This document shows, piece by piece, positions 10,045 to 19,542 of a stretch of DNA of 64,000 nt. Each line of letters starts with the position of its first letter. The first letter of the stretch is position 1. Both the position numbers and the translations under genes were made by a program. This DNA is from Methanobacteriota archaeon (GTDB lineage Archaea; Thermoplasmatota; Thermoplasmata; SG8-5; JAGLSY01). The stretch lies in contig JAEHCQ010000002.1 of the NCBI GenBank assembly GCA_020696385.1, positions 303,012 through 367,011 on the forward strand. The letters run 5' to 3'. The notes under the pieces are model-generated. The model was not told the DNA's origin. It saw only the letters and a list, made by a program, of their open reading frames with translations, and searched no databases.

Positions 10045-11640
10045 TTACTCGATTATCTTCACAGATTCTCCGCCGTGCCTCGTCTCTCTTGGCCTGATCT
10101 GGACAAATAGAGGATTCGATACTCCGCCACCACTGACGATCGCTATGCCAATGGGTATGCGCTGTATCTCATCCGCCATTCCGGCTGACAAGCCTTCTAC
10201 TGACGAAACAATGGCTTTGATATCATTCGGATTAGTAACCTTGAGAATGACCTGGGTATTGCACTGGCTCAGCACATTTTTATCGACTTTGGCCGCCCTC
10301 TGTGTGATGATCACCATGCCGAGGCCGAACTTCCTGCCTTCTGAAGCTATGGTCCGCATGATCTTGGATGAATCCATCACACCCTGCTGTGGACAGTAAT
10401 TATGTGCTTCCTCGACCACCATCAGCATCGGTGGTATGGAATTGACCTTCCTCAGTTCGAAAAGCGCCGTGGCTATCCTGGCAACAATAAGTGCTTGAAT
10501 ATCTGGGGGTGTTCCTCTCAGGTTCAGGATAGTGGTCATGCCCTTGACAATGAGCTCGTTCATCTTGGTCCCGCGCTCGGCAAATATATCTATTGAATTG
10601 AGATATTCCAGCTCTTGGATGAGAGTTCCAACTCCCCCATCTTCCTCAGCTTCCAGAACTGTCATCAGCTCCCGCAGACTGAAGGTGGATTTGGTCGCCT
10701 TCAGAGCCTCGATGGCTTTTTTGAGCGATGTCAGCTCCTTCCGTCCATTTTTGATATTGGTGAGGTCAAGAAGATCTTTCGGTTCCATATTGGATAATGT
10801 GAATTTCAGTGGTTTGGCATTGGGGTTGATCTTCGTATCTGGTGAGAATTCCATTATTTTGTCCTTGTACGATCTCGGGGTGATGCCGAACTTCTCCGCC
10901 CCCTCGACGACCACGCCAGAATCCACCATCGAATTGTATTCTCCATGTGGATCCACAATGAGCACGGTGACATCGTGCTTCATAAGTTCCTCAAGAATGA
11001 CACCAGTCATGTAACTCTTACCACCACCGGTCTTGGCCAGGACAGACACGTGTTTCTGAACCATGGAATTGATATCCAGTTCTATTCGGATATCATGGCC
11101 ATTGAGCATTCCGATGAATGCTCCAGTTCTCGCATCTTCCTTGATACCAATGACATCGCGTATCAATTCATCATCAGCTGCCAGTACTGGAGACCCTGCT
11201 TTGAAGGGTGTACCAGGTACTTGCAGCAGACCACGATCATCGCGATATCCTAACATCGTGATCATCGCACTGACCCTTTCCTCGATGTTCACATGCTGAC
11301 CTTCGGCCATTAATTTCGCCTTGTCCAGTGAGAGATTGGTCTTTCTCTCCATGGAATCCACCTGACCCAGGACCATGCCACAGGCCTCGTGGGGAACCAT
11401 GATGTACTCGGCTTTTTCCAAATGGCCAGTCACACTGCATTTGAAGGTCGTGGTCCCGACATCGCCGTAAATTATCCCGACGACATTGGAGCCTGGTGCA
11501 TGACCGTCATGATTCGCCTCATTGAGATTATCATGGGTGTGATCATCCGTATGATCATCAAACGTATTTACATCGTTCTGGCCTTCGCTAACCGTGTCCG
11601 TATCCTTTTCATAATCTGAATTATCTTGCATCCCATCCAA
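10045..11640 (-). CDS. HerA/FtsK-family ATPase with HAS-barrel
   Basis: HVSVLAKTGGGKSY, IVDPHGEY, VVEEAHNYCP, ASEGRKFG, TQR, LSQCNTQ. Confidence 0.88.
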   Translation of the reverse strand: MDGMQDNSDYEKDTDTVSEGQNDVNTFDDHTDDHTHDNLNEANHDGHAPGSNVVGIIYGDVGTTTFKCSVTGHLEKAEYIMVPHEACGMVLGQVDSMERKTNLSLDKAKLMAEGQHVNIEERVSAMITMLGYRDDRGLLQVPGTPFKAGSPVLAADDELIRDVIGIKEDARTGAFIGMLNGHDIRIELDINSMVQKHVSVLAKTGGGKSYMTGVILEELMKHDVTVLIVDPHGEYNSMVDSGVVVEGAEKFGITPRSYKDKIMEFSPDTKINPNAKPLKFTLSNMEPKDLLDLTNIKNGRKELTSLKKAIEALKATKSTFSLRELMTVLEAEEDGGVGTLIQELEYLNSIDIFAERGTKMNELIVKGMTTILNLRGTPPDIQALIVARIATALFELRKVNSIPPMLMVVEEAHNYCPQQGVMDSSKIMRTIASEGRKFGLGMVIITQRAAKVDKNVLSQCNTQVILKVTNPNDIKAIVSSVEGLSAGMADEIQRIPIGIAIVSGGGVSNPLFVQIRPRETRHGGESVKIIE

Positions 11641-11902
11641 GATGAATCATCTCCATTTTATTTCGAGATTTCGTATGTGAGGACTCAGTTCACACATATG
11701 AAACTTCGATATTTTTCGAAGTTCCGGAAACAATCACTCGCGTTCTCGCTTCCATTCACTTCCAATATATCAACCAGTATATAATTAGGTGAATATAAAT
11801 ATATGGGACAATATGGTTTTATAATATTTTGTTTATCAAGCCACAAATGGATCATCACCTATTATATTAACAATCGTTAGGTCAAAACATTATATATGAG
11901 TT

Positions 11903-11935
11903 TTCGGCTATATTAAATATATTCGGCATACCGAA
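11903..11935 (+). promoter_or_regulatory. Candidate DtxR/IdeR-type iron boxes upstream of FTR1
   Basis: TTCGG-CATA-CCGAA (11922-11935) plus a degenerate TTCGG-CTAT-ATTAA (11903-11916); resembles the TTAGG-N4-CCTAA DtxR box and lies just downstream of a TATA-like TTATATAT. Confidence 0.55.
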
Positions 11936-11949
11936 AAAGAGGCAAAATA

Positions 11950-12861
11950 ATGATAGGGCAGTATTTGATAACATTCAGGGAAGTATTAGAAGCAGCATTG
12001 ATAACAGCAATAATCATTGCATATTTTAAAAGAACCAATAAAGATCATTTGATAAAATATGTATGGCTTGGGATCTCATTAGCTTTAGTAGCCAGTGTGG
12101 GTATTGCCATGATAATTTCATTAATATACGGAGGACTCTCAAGCGCAGATGCGAAGCTGTTCGAGGGCATTGCGTCGATCATAGCCGTTATTGTTCTTAC
12201 TGGCATGATATTCTGGATGTCTATGAAGGGTAACACGATCAAAAAAGAGATTGATCAAAAAATTAGCCAAAGGATGACGAATGGGACAATTATTGGATTG
12301 GTGGCCTTCTCCTTCATAGTTGTTTTTAGAGAAGGCTTTGAGACGGTTCTTTTCCTGATACCATTTGGAGCTTCAGATACCAATGCAACTATAATTGGTG
12401 CTTCTCTCGGTCTCTTTTCCGCCCTATTTGTCTCATACCTCATATATTCTGTCGGTCTAAAATTGAATATCAGAAGATATTTCTATTTTTCTAGTATATT
12501 ACTTGTATTACTGGCTGCAGGACTTTTGGGGTATGGGATACATGAATTAATATCATATCAAAAAGCAATTGGCACTGATGTGGGATGGCTGGGCATTTAT
12601 GCCTTCGATCTTGGAATATCAGATGGGAGTTTCTTACACCATAAAGGAGCCATTGGTTCCATATTTGCAGTGATGCTTGGATATTCGGTTAAAATGGAAT
12701 ATGCGAGAATAATCGTTCATATATCCTATTTGATAATATTTCTACCACTTACAATTATCACATATAGAGCCCCCCATTACATCGATCGCCTGGCCATTCT
12801 GGGCAGAAGGATTTGGTTCTTTTTGAGACCCCAAGAAAAAATACAAACCATCAAAAAATAG
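11950..12861 (+). CDS. FTR1-family iron permease
   Basis: Two RExxE motifs (FREVLEA, FREGFET) and multiple TM helices. Confidence 0.92.
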   Translation: MIGQYLITFREVLEAALITAIIIAYFKRTNKDHLIKYVWLGISLALVASVGIAMIISLIYGGLSSADAKLFEGIASIIAVIVLTGMIFWMSMKGNTIKKEIDQKISQRMTNGTIIGLVAFSFIVVFREGFETVLFLIPFGASDTNATIIGASLGLFSALFVSYLIYSVGLKLNIRRYFYFSSILLVLLAAGLLGYGIHELISYQKAIGTDVGWLGIYAFDLGISDGSFLHHKGAIGSIFAVMLGYSVKMEYARIIVHISYLIIFLPLTIITYRAPHYIDRLAILGRRIWFFLRPQEKIQTIKK

Positions 12862-12869
12862 TGCCCGAA

Positions 12870-13976
12870 TTAGAAGCATTTCCAATGCTTTTTCAAATGT
12901 CCTTTTAGATCGGCCAGCATCTTTTCAGTAATTCTATCCAGCTTGTCCGCTGTATATCCGCCAGGCCGCTTGTATTCAGTTGGTGCCAGTGCTCGATAGT
13001 CCACATCCAGTCCCTGGGTGCCTGCGAACATCGCCAGCCAGCCATAGGTTACGAAATCTCCGTATCCACTGACCATCATGTCTATCAATTTACCGCATGC
13101 TCCATTTCCTTCGAAAACAGCTTTCCTCACCTTGCTGGTCATCATGTTCAGCCCATCATAATCCAGACCCAATAATGTCAATTCATCTCCATGATAGGGA
13201 TCCGATCCCCCATTTCTGATGATCACATCTGGCTTGAATTCATTAACTAATGGTTGAAAGATATCATCGATAGCCCACTCGTATTGGAAATATGACGAAT
13301 AAGGCGGCATGGGGATGTTCACGGTGTAGCCCTCCCCAGCTCCTTCCCCGATCTCATTGACAAATCCCCTTCCAGGATACAGAGTTCTTGGATCCTGGTG
13401 TATGGATATGAAGAGCACGCGCGGATCATCATAGAATATGTCCATCGTGCCATTGCCTTGATGAGCATCTGTATCGAAGATCAATATCCTCTTCCGCTCA
13501 TGCCTTTCCAGAAGAGCTTTCGCGGTTATGGCCACATCATTGTAGAGGCAGAACCCCTCGCCATAATCATTGCCAGCATGATGCAATCCTCCAAATGTAT
13601 GGACGATCCCGCCTTCTTCGAGCACCAGGTCAGCCGCTTGTAGGCCAGATCCGACGATCAATGATTGCACCCCAGTGACATCGGAATTCACCGGAGTGTC
13701 CATGGTGATCCTGCCATTGATCTTTTCCAGGTGTTTGATATGAGCCAGGTAGCTATCGGCGTGCACCATCCTCAGGTCATCATCAGTGGCGGGCTCCAGT
13801 TCCATCTTACGAATACTGTCCATTAAGTCAGCTTTTTTCAAAAGTCTCACAAAGCTGGCAAATCTCTCCGGATGGAAAGGATGTCCTTGTCCAAAGTTGA
13901 ACTTCGCTAATCGCTCACTGAAAAATATAGGAATCTTATTGCTATCTGTGCTCGAGCCAGTGCTATCGTGTGGCAA
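12870..13976 (-). CDS. Histone deacetylase family protein (AcuC-like)
   Basis: GHPFHPER, GGLHHA, GFCLYND, DTDAHQGNG, SIHQ, NGGSD. Start taken as the TTG at 13976 after a GGAG; the ORF extends to 14051. Confidence 0.88.
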   Translation of the reverse strand: MPHDSTGSSTDSNKIPIFFSERLAKFNFGQGHPFHPERFASFVRLLKKADLMDSIRKMELEPATDDDLRMVHADSYLAHIKHLEKINGRITMDTPVNSDVTGVQSLIVGSGLQAADLVLEEGGIVHTFGGLHHAGNDYGEGFCLYNDVAITAKALLERHERKRILIFDTDAHQGNGTMDIFYDDPRVLFISIHQDPRTLYPGRGFVNEIGEGAGEGYTVNIPMPPYSSYFQYEWAIDDIFQPLVNEFKPDVIIRNGGSDPYHGDELTLLGLDYDGLNMMTSKVRKAVFEGNGACGKLIDMMVSGYGDFVTYGWLAMFAGTQGLDVDYRALAPTEYKRPGGYTADKLDRITEKMLADLKGHLKKHWKCF

Positions 13977-14013
13977 ATTCTCCAGTCCTTTGTAAATATA
14001 TGTTATTGATTTA

Positions 14014-14268
14014 CTAGTTCTGGCGACCGTCGTATCGTGATGCTTTCTCACGGTATTGACGGATCTGGGCTCTTATCTTGTTCATCTTAATTTCCAATTT
14101 CTGAGCCTTTGCCTCGAGCTTGGCTGCCTTCGCTCTGTATTTGGCAGCTTTAGCCTGGTTCTTTGCATCCTTCTGCATCTGCTTGGCTTCTCTGGTCATC
14201 TGCTTGGCATCTTTCTTCATTGCTTTCGCATCGCCAGCCATTGACCTGGAATCATCATAGCTACTCAT
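14014..14268 (-). CDS. Small basic Lys/Ala-rich coiled-coil protein
   Basis: MSSYDD...DAKAMKKDAKQMTREAKQMQKDAK heptad repeats. Confidence 0.6.
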   Translation of the reverse strand: MSSYDDSRSMAGDAKAMKKDAKQMTREAKQMQKDAKNQAKAAKYRAKAAKLEAKAQKLEIKMNKIRAQIRQYREKASRYDGRQN

Positions 14269-14369
14269 AATATCAACCGTAAATAGTCCTGGGATGATAT
14301 AAGGTTTTACATTTGAAAGATAAGTTACCTGTGATAATAAATTTATAGCTAATCGCGATTGGAGTTTCA

Positions 14370-15680
14370 ATGAGGATACTTCTTGAATCTTATGGCTGTA
14401 CCCTGAATAAGGGAGAGGCTGAGGAGCTGGCCACCATGCTTACAAAAGGTGGCCATGAGATCACACACCTCGCTGATGCCCTATCACCAGGGATTGCGGA
14501 TATGTCCATTATTTTCACCTGTGGTGTCATCAACACCACAGAATTACGAATGTTGAGAAGGATAGGCCAGTTGAAAGAAATCTCAAGAGGCATCGCGGTC
14601 TGCGGATGCCTCGGAGCCATATGTGAGAGCGAGATCCTGAATATAGCCCCGGATGCCATGATATTTCCAGCAGCCTCGAATGATGATATTGTAAAGGCGG
14701 TCATTGCCATTGCCAATGACGGCACTGGCAATGTGGAACAGATCAGCAAAGCAGATCAGGTCAGCAATGCGAATGATATCAGCATCGAGCCCATGGATAA
14801 CAGGATCGGCATCCTGCCCATAGCTACTGGATGCCTGGGCGAGTGCACTTACTGCATCACCAGATTCGCCAGAGGCCAGTTGAAGAGCCGCGGTCTGGAA
14901 GAATTAAAGACCAGGGCATTGGATCTTATTTCCACAGATATTCGCGAGCTCCAGATAACTTCTCAGGATACGGCAGTTTACGGCATGGACATGGGTTTGC
15001 AAGGCCCACGACTGCCAGATGTCATGAACATGGTATCATCGATAGATGGTGATTTCATGGCCAGGGTGGGCATGATGAACCCCGCTGCTGTTCTGAAAAT
15101 TCTTCAGCCCCTTGTGAAAGCATATGGTGAGGACAAGATATTCAAATTCATCCATCTGCCTCTGCAATCGGGCAATGATGAGGTACTGGAACATATGAAC
15201 CGTCATTATTCCACATCTGATTATATCGAAATTACCAATGCCTTGAGGGTCGCACATCCGGACATTTTCATATCCACAGATATCATCACCGGATTCCCTG
15301 GTGAGAAGGAGGATCAATTCCAGGACAGTATGGATATCATATCCAGTCTGGCACCCGATATTGTTAATGTCACCCGTTTTTCCGCACGTTCTGGGACAAA
15401 GGCAGCCATGATGCCTGATCAGGTTCCTGGATGGATATCCAAGGAGCGTTCAAGTATTATGATGGAATTGAGGTTTAATATATCGAAGGCTAAAATGGCA
15501 TCCAGAATAGGGGAAAAGATCGATGTACTGGCAACAGAATATAAAAAACCAGGCACCACCTTCCTAAGGTCTAGGAATTATCGGCCAGTTATTGTCGAGA
15601 AACATCTACCTCTTGGCATATGGTACGAAGTGGAGATCGTGGAAAATACCGATATTCACATGATCGGTAAGCCACTATGA
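14370..15680 (+). CDS. tRNA methylthiotransferase (MiaB-like, archaeal MtaB type), radical SAM
   Basis: SYGCTLN, TCGV, GC, CLGECTYC, RVGMMNP, HLPLQSG, DIITGFPGE, C-terminal TRAM-like region. Confidence 0.88.
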   Translation: MRILLESYGCTLNKGEAEELATMLTKGGHEITHLADALSPGIADMSIIFTCGVINTTELRMLRRIGQLKEISRGIAVCGCLGAICESEILNIAPDAMIFPAASNDDIVKAVIAIANDGTGNVEQISKADQVSNANDISIEPMDNRIGILPIATGCLGECTYCITRFARGQLKSRGLEELKTRALDLISTDIRELQITSQDTAVYGMDMGLQGPRLPDVMNMVSSIDGDFMARVGMMNPAAVLKILQPLVKAYGEDKIFKFIHLPLQSGNDEVLEHMNRHYSTSDYIEITNALRVAHPDIFISTDIITGFPGEKEDQFQDSMDIISSLAPDIVNVTRFSARSGTKAAMMPDQVPGWISKERSSIMMELRFNISKAKMASRIGEKIDVLATEYKKPGTTFLRSRNYRPVIVEKHLPLGIWYEVEIVENTDIHMIGKPL

Positions 15681-15797
15681 TGGGGTCTTCATTCGTTTTA
15701 CTTCATAATTGCAGATTGCCAGGTCCAATTTCACCCATTTCTAATCTTTCCCACCCATACACTAAATATTAAATAAAATCCTTCCATTACACGTTGT

Positions 15798-16127
15798 GTG
15801 AGCGAAACAAAGGCCTTTTTGATGACAGAGATCGAGCTACTGCTCTCTGAAAAACAAACATCATTAGCCACACTGCGTACTGGCATAGCTGTCTTCACGC
15901 TCCCTTTTTCTGTTCTGACGATCCTCATAGCCACATCCAGTTATTACGATGTGACCTCTGGAAAAGTGATATGGATGTTCATCACACTCATAGGTCTGTG
16001 CGCTTGCCTTAGCTTATTTGGAGGATATCTGGTATTTCACGGAATGTCCATGCTGAGAGCCTGTGATCGAAAGATAAGTGCGATCAAGAAACAAAGTAAG
16101 TTCATCAATAATCTAATGGTGGATTAA
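15798..16127 (+). CDS. Small membrane protein (DUF202-like)
   Basis: LLSEKQTSLATLRTG followed by two TM helices. Confidence 0.6.
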   Translation: MSETKAFLMTEIELLLSEKQTSLATLRTGIAVFTLPFSVLTILIATSSYYDVTSGKVIWMFITLIGLCACLSLFGGYLVFHGMSMLRACDRKISAIKKQSKFINNLMVD

Positions 16128-16153
16128 TTGTATTCGTGAAGTCACGGATATCA

Positions 16154-16462
16154 TTAATGTAGTGGCCTTCTGCATTTGGAACATATTATCTTACAATCTT
16201 TCTTGCATTTCGTGCATTTGCCAGCCATGAATTTTTCCTCGACCGGGGCAGAGCAACAATCCGACACAGTATCCACGATGTGTCCACAGTATTTACAAGG
16301 GTGCTGTTTCGGCTTCTTAGGTATAAGGACTTTGGTGAAAAGATAATAGCCAATATACAGTCCGACAATTACCAGACCCAGCAGTATGAGATAGGTGAAA
16401 AGGAACCCGCCTCCGTCATCTTCCCCCGGAGTGGTCTGCAGATAATACAGCAGATTGTACAC
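16154..16462 (-). CDS. Hypothetical membrane-anchored Cys-rich (Zn-ribbon) protein
   Basis: One TM helix, then CKYC, DCC, CTKC, CSKC. Confidence 0.55.
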   Translation of the reverse strand: MYNLLYYLQTTPGEDDGGGFLFTYLILLGLVIVGLYIGYYLFTKVLIPKKPKQHPCKYCGHIVDTVSDCCSAPVEEKFMAGKCTKCKKDCKIICSKCRRPLH

Positions 16463-16584
16463 GAAATACGGTAATCGTAATTCTCATAAAAGACTTTGGT
16501 AAGGTATAATATGATTAATCTTGACCAATTCAATAAGAAAACTTTAAGATGGAAAACATATTTCCACGGCACACGAGACAATAT

Positions 16585-16657
16585 ACGGGTGTGGTGTAGC
16601 CTGGTATCACTTTAGCTTGCCAAGCTAAGAACTCGGGTTCAAATCCCGGCACCCGTA
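16585..16657 (+). tRNA. tRNA-Gly(GCC)
   Basis: Acceptor ACGGGTG/CACCCGT, anticodon arm TTAGC-TTGCCAA-GCTAA, T arm GGTTCAAATCC. Confidence 0.93.
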
Positions 16658-16700
16658 CTTTATTTTATCAGATAGGGCTATGGATTTCAGCATCCGTACT

Positions 16701-17165
16701 TCATTTTTCACTTACATCTGAATGGCTTAATCCAGCATGTTCTTTCAGAATGCACCTGTCCATGATGACCTTCAATCCAGCTTCCCTGGCCTTGTCAGCA
16801 GCACGATTATTCACAATCCCCTCCTGCATCCAAATGATCTTGGCTCCTTTCTCTATTGCCTGATCAACTATCTCAGGCACAGCGGCGGATTTTCTAAATA
16901 TGTCCACCACCTCGATATCATCCGGAATATCGAGCAAGGTCTGATAGGATACCTCGCCCAGGATATTATCATGCATTGGGTTGACTGGGTATATCTTGAA
17001 ATCATGATCCTGTAAATATTTCGCCACCCTGTTGCTAGCCCTATCTTCCTTCGGAGAAAGACCAATGACCGCGATCTTATTGTAATTCTGTAGAACATGG
17101 ATTATGTCTTCGTCTGAAGGCGGTGTCAATGATATCTCACATGCCATCTCATCTTCTTGTGTCAT
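16701..17165 (-). CDS. CoA-binding protein (YccU-like)
   Basis: IAVIGLS, YPVNP, VDIFR, IWMQEG, MDRC. Confidence 0.9.
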   Translation of the reverse strand: MTQEDEMACEISLTPPSDEDIIHVLQNYNKIAVIGLSPKEDRASNRVAKYLQDHDFKIYPVNPMHDNILGEVSYQTLLDIPDDIEVVDIFRKSAAVPEIVDQAIEKGAKIIWMQEGIVNNRAADKAREAGLKVIMDRCILKEHAGLSHSDVSEK

Positions 17166-17184
17166 ATTATCAACTCATTGTATA

Positions 17185-17910
17185 TCAGTAGATATTTCCC
17201 CTCATTATGACCTCATCCACATAGGGGCTGGCTTCCAGGACCATGTCATTGAAGGTCGGCCTCTCATAAGGTTCTATAGTCGCGATCTCTTCCATATACG
17301 ATCCTGGCCCGACGAATTGCTGGAGAACGTATTTTCTGGCTCCTTCGATGAACTTCGCGATCTTCACCACATCATCCACCTCCACCAGTGTTGGAACCAC
17401 GGTAGTTCGGAACTCATAAGGAATATTTGATCCCATGAGGACGGATATGCTCTTTTTCAATTTGTTGATATCAACTGGCACACCCGCAACTTCATCATAT
17501 TTGCCATTCAGCTGCGTTTTGATGTCCATCGCGACATAATCCACAAGCCCCTCGTCAATAAGGGATTGTAGTAGGTCTGGATCCGATCCATTCGTATCCA
17601 ATTTAATTTGGAATCCCATTTCCTTTATGCTACGGAGGTATTTTGGAAGATCCGGGTACAGTGAAGGCTCACCACCAGTCATGCAAATACCGTCTATGAA
17701 ATCCTTGTGTGCTTCCAGATATTTCATTATATCTTCATGTTTCACATCATCAAAATCATCCGGCTTCTCGAAAAGAGGCCAGTTATGGCAGTAAGGACAT
17801 CTGAAATTACAATTGGGGACGTATAGGGTTGTTACTATCTTACCATCCCAGTCCAAGAAGGATGTCTCGATCATTTTCTTTATTGTTACCGACATATCTA
17901 ATTTCTCCAT
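17185..17910 (-). CDS. nrdG: Anaerobic ribonucleotide reductase activating enzyme (radical SAM)
   Basis: CNFRCPYCHN, TGGEP, KLDTNG, AMDIK, YEFRTTVVP. Confidence 0.85.
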   Translation of the reverse strand: MEKLDMSVTIKKMIETSFLDWDGKIVTTLYVPNCNFRCPYCHNWPLFEKPDDFDDVKHEDIMKYLEAHKDFIDGICMTGGEPSLYPDLPKYLRSIKEMGFQIKLDTNGSDPDLLQSLIDEGLVDYVAMDIKTQLNGKYDEVAGVPVDINKLKKSISVLMGSNIPYEFRTTVVPTLVEVDDVVKIAKFIEGARKYVLQQFVGPGSYMEEIATIEPYERPTFNDMVLEASPYVDEVIMRGNIY

Positions 17911-18283
17911 TTCGAATCTCTTGATTCTCTCGAGCTTTTGAATTAGCGAATTTGTTTCGCTAATTCAATTTCGAAATTTTGGTTATGCAAATCTAATTGG
18001 CATAACCAACCAATCTCCGATCAGGAATCCCAGATTCCACCCATCAATAATATATCATCTTTCCATTTGTTAAGTATCTTTCGCCAAAATCCTTATCTGG
18101 GTATGTAATTATAGTTAACTAATAATCCTCTGATTATGCAATCGTGTCATATTTGCCTAATTGTTAAATTAAATCATGAAATAATCGAAAATATTATAAA
18201 CCCCATGGCAAAAGGTTTTTATACTCCACCAATCTATTTACATCATCTACGTGGGCTACGTATAATATAACGGAGCGAAAAAA

Positions 18284-18715
18284 ATGGCAGTTATGACCAA
18301 GACAAAAGAGAGCGAATTCGTCACGCTCACGGTGGATGACCTTACGAGTGCTATCCGAAACAGTATCGACAGGAGAGGCATGCCCAATGAAGAGGCACGT
18401 CATATGGCTCAGCATGTCATGAACTTCTTCGGCTACAGCGAAAGGATCATTGATAATATTTTAGAGCCAGAGGATAGAGATGCTTTCTACATGCTCGAGG
18501 ATTCTGGACTTTTGACAACAGAAAGAGAAGAGACCACTCTGTACGATGGAAGAGAGTGGCGTATTCATTACTGGCTCTTCAGGAAGGATAAGATCCTGGG
18601 CCTTGTCAAGAATGCGGAAGAAAAGGCTTACGTGCCGGAAGAGGATCTATCTTCTGTTTACGATGATGTTCCAGATAATATCTGGGAGCTCACAGAAGAG
18701 GATGAAGAAGAGTGA
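18284..18715 (+). CDS. Conserved Thermoplasmata protein (DUF6015-like)
   Basis: VMNFFGYSERIIDNILEPEDRDAFYMLED...GREWRIHYW, recognised from memory. Confidence 0.7.
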   Translation: MAVMTKTKESEFVTLTVDDLTSAIRNSIDRRGMPNEEARHMAQHVMNFFGYSERIIDNILEPEDRDAFYMLEDSGLLTTEREETTLYDGREWRIHYWLFRKDKILGLVKNAEEKAYVPEEDLSSVYDDVPDNIWELTEEDEEE

Positions 18716-19087
18716 TTTATTAATTCACGGATCATGGCTTATGAAAATGTGATAATACAGCTTGAGCGCTATCAAGGGTTCTGTATTTATGATAATAAAT
18801 CACACGTTCATTCCATAATGTGAATTACCAGGCCTTTGGCCTGAAAGATCTAACTAATACTTTCACCCACCCCGAACTTTCACTTATATATCACAAACTC
18901 ATGATGAGGATTGTCACTGGAATTCCGTTGCCGGTGGCAGAACAAACAAACGGAGGTTGAAAAAAGAGTCAAATTCCGCCCAGGGTCGTGTGCTTCGGGC
19001 AAAGTGTCGGGGAAATCTCGATCAAAAGGAGTAATACTTTTACATCAGCCCTCCCCCAAACGGCGAACACAAAGGAGGTGAAAATAA

Positions 19088-19300
19088 ATGGCCGAATCAA
19101 AACTGATCGGATATGTTCGGAAGAGCAAAGGCGGCTGTGCTTTAAAACTAAGCATAGATGCCAAGGCATTCTCCGAGGCTGAGAGATTCTCCACCAGGGA
19201 TGGTAGAGAATACGTCCAGCTAATATCCAATATACCGAAGATCGAAGAGATAATATCGGGTGACCGTGAGGTTACTAGCATCTGCCAGCTTGTAGAGTAG
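19088..19300 (+). CDS. Small conserved hypothetical protein
   Basis: Strong SD GGAGGTG at 19074-19080; globular 70-aa sequence. Confidence 0.75.
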   Translation: MAESKLIGYVRKSKGGCALKLSIDAKAFSEAERFSTRDGREYVQLISNIPKIEEIISGDREVTSICQLVE

Positions 19301-19542
19301 CTGGCCGCATGGACATGATATCATTGTCAAATGATCGTCGAATATGGCGATCGAAATACGATTGACGTATCTTGATTGTCAAAATGTGATCGCCCCAACT
19401 CGATCATACATTTATTGACCGATCGGAGGAAAATTAAGCCTTTTATATTTCGGGTTAAGCCTCCTTCGATCCATTTTTTATTATATTTTCCGATCAAACC
19501 ATTCCAATATCATTTTATTGGAATTCCCTATTACATCTCACT

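Noticed and set aside
19310-19475. GATCG-rich intergenic stretch with imperfect hairpins as an ncRNA
   Set aside because: Stems are short or imperfect and no known RNA motif is recognisable; insufficient support without comparative data.
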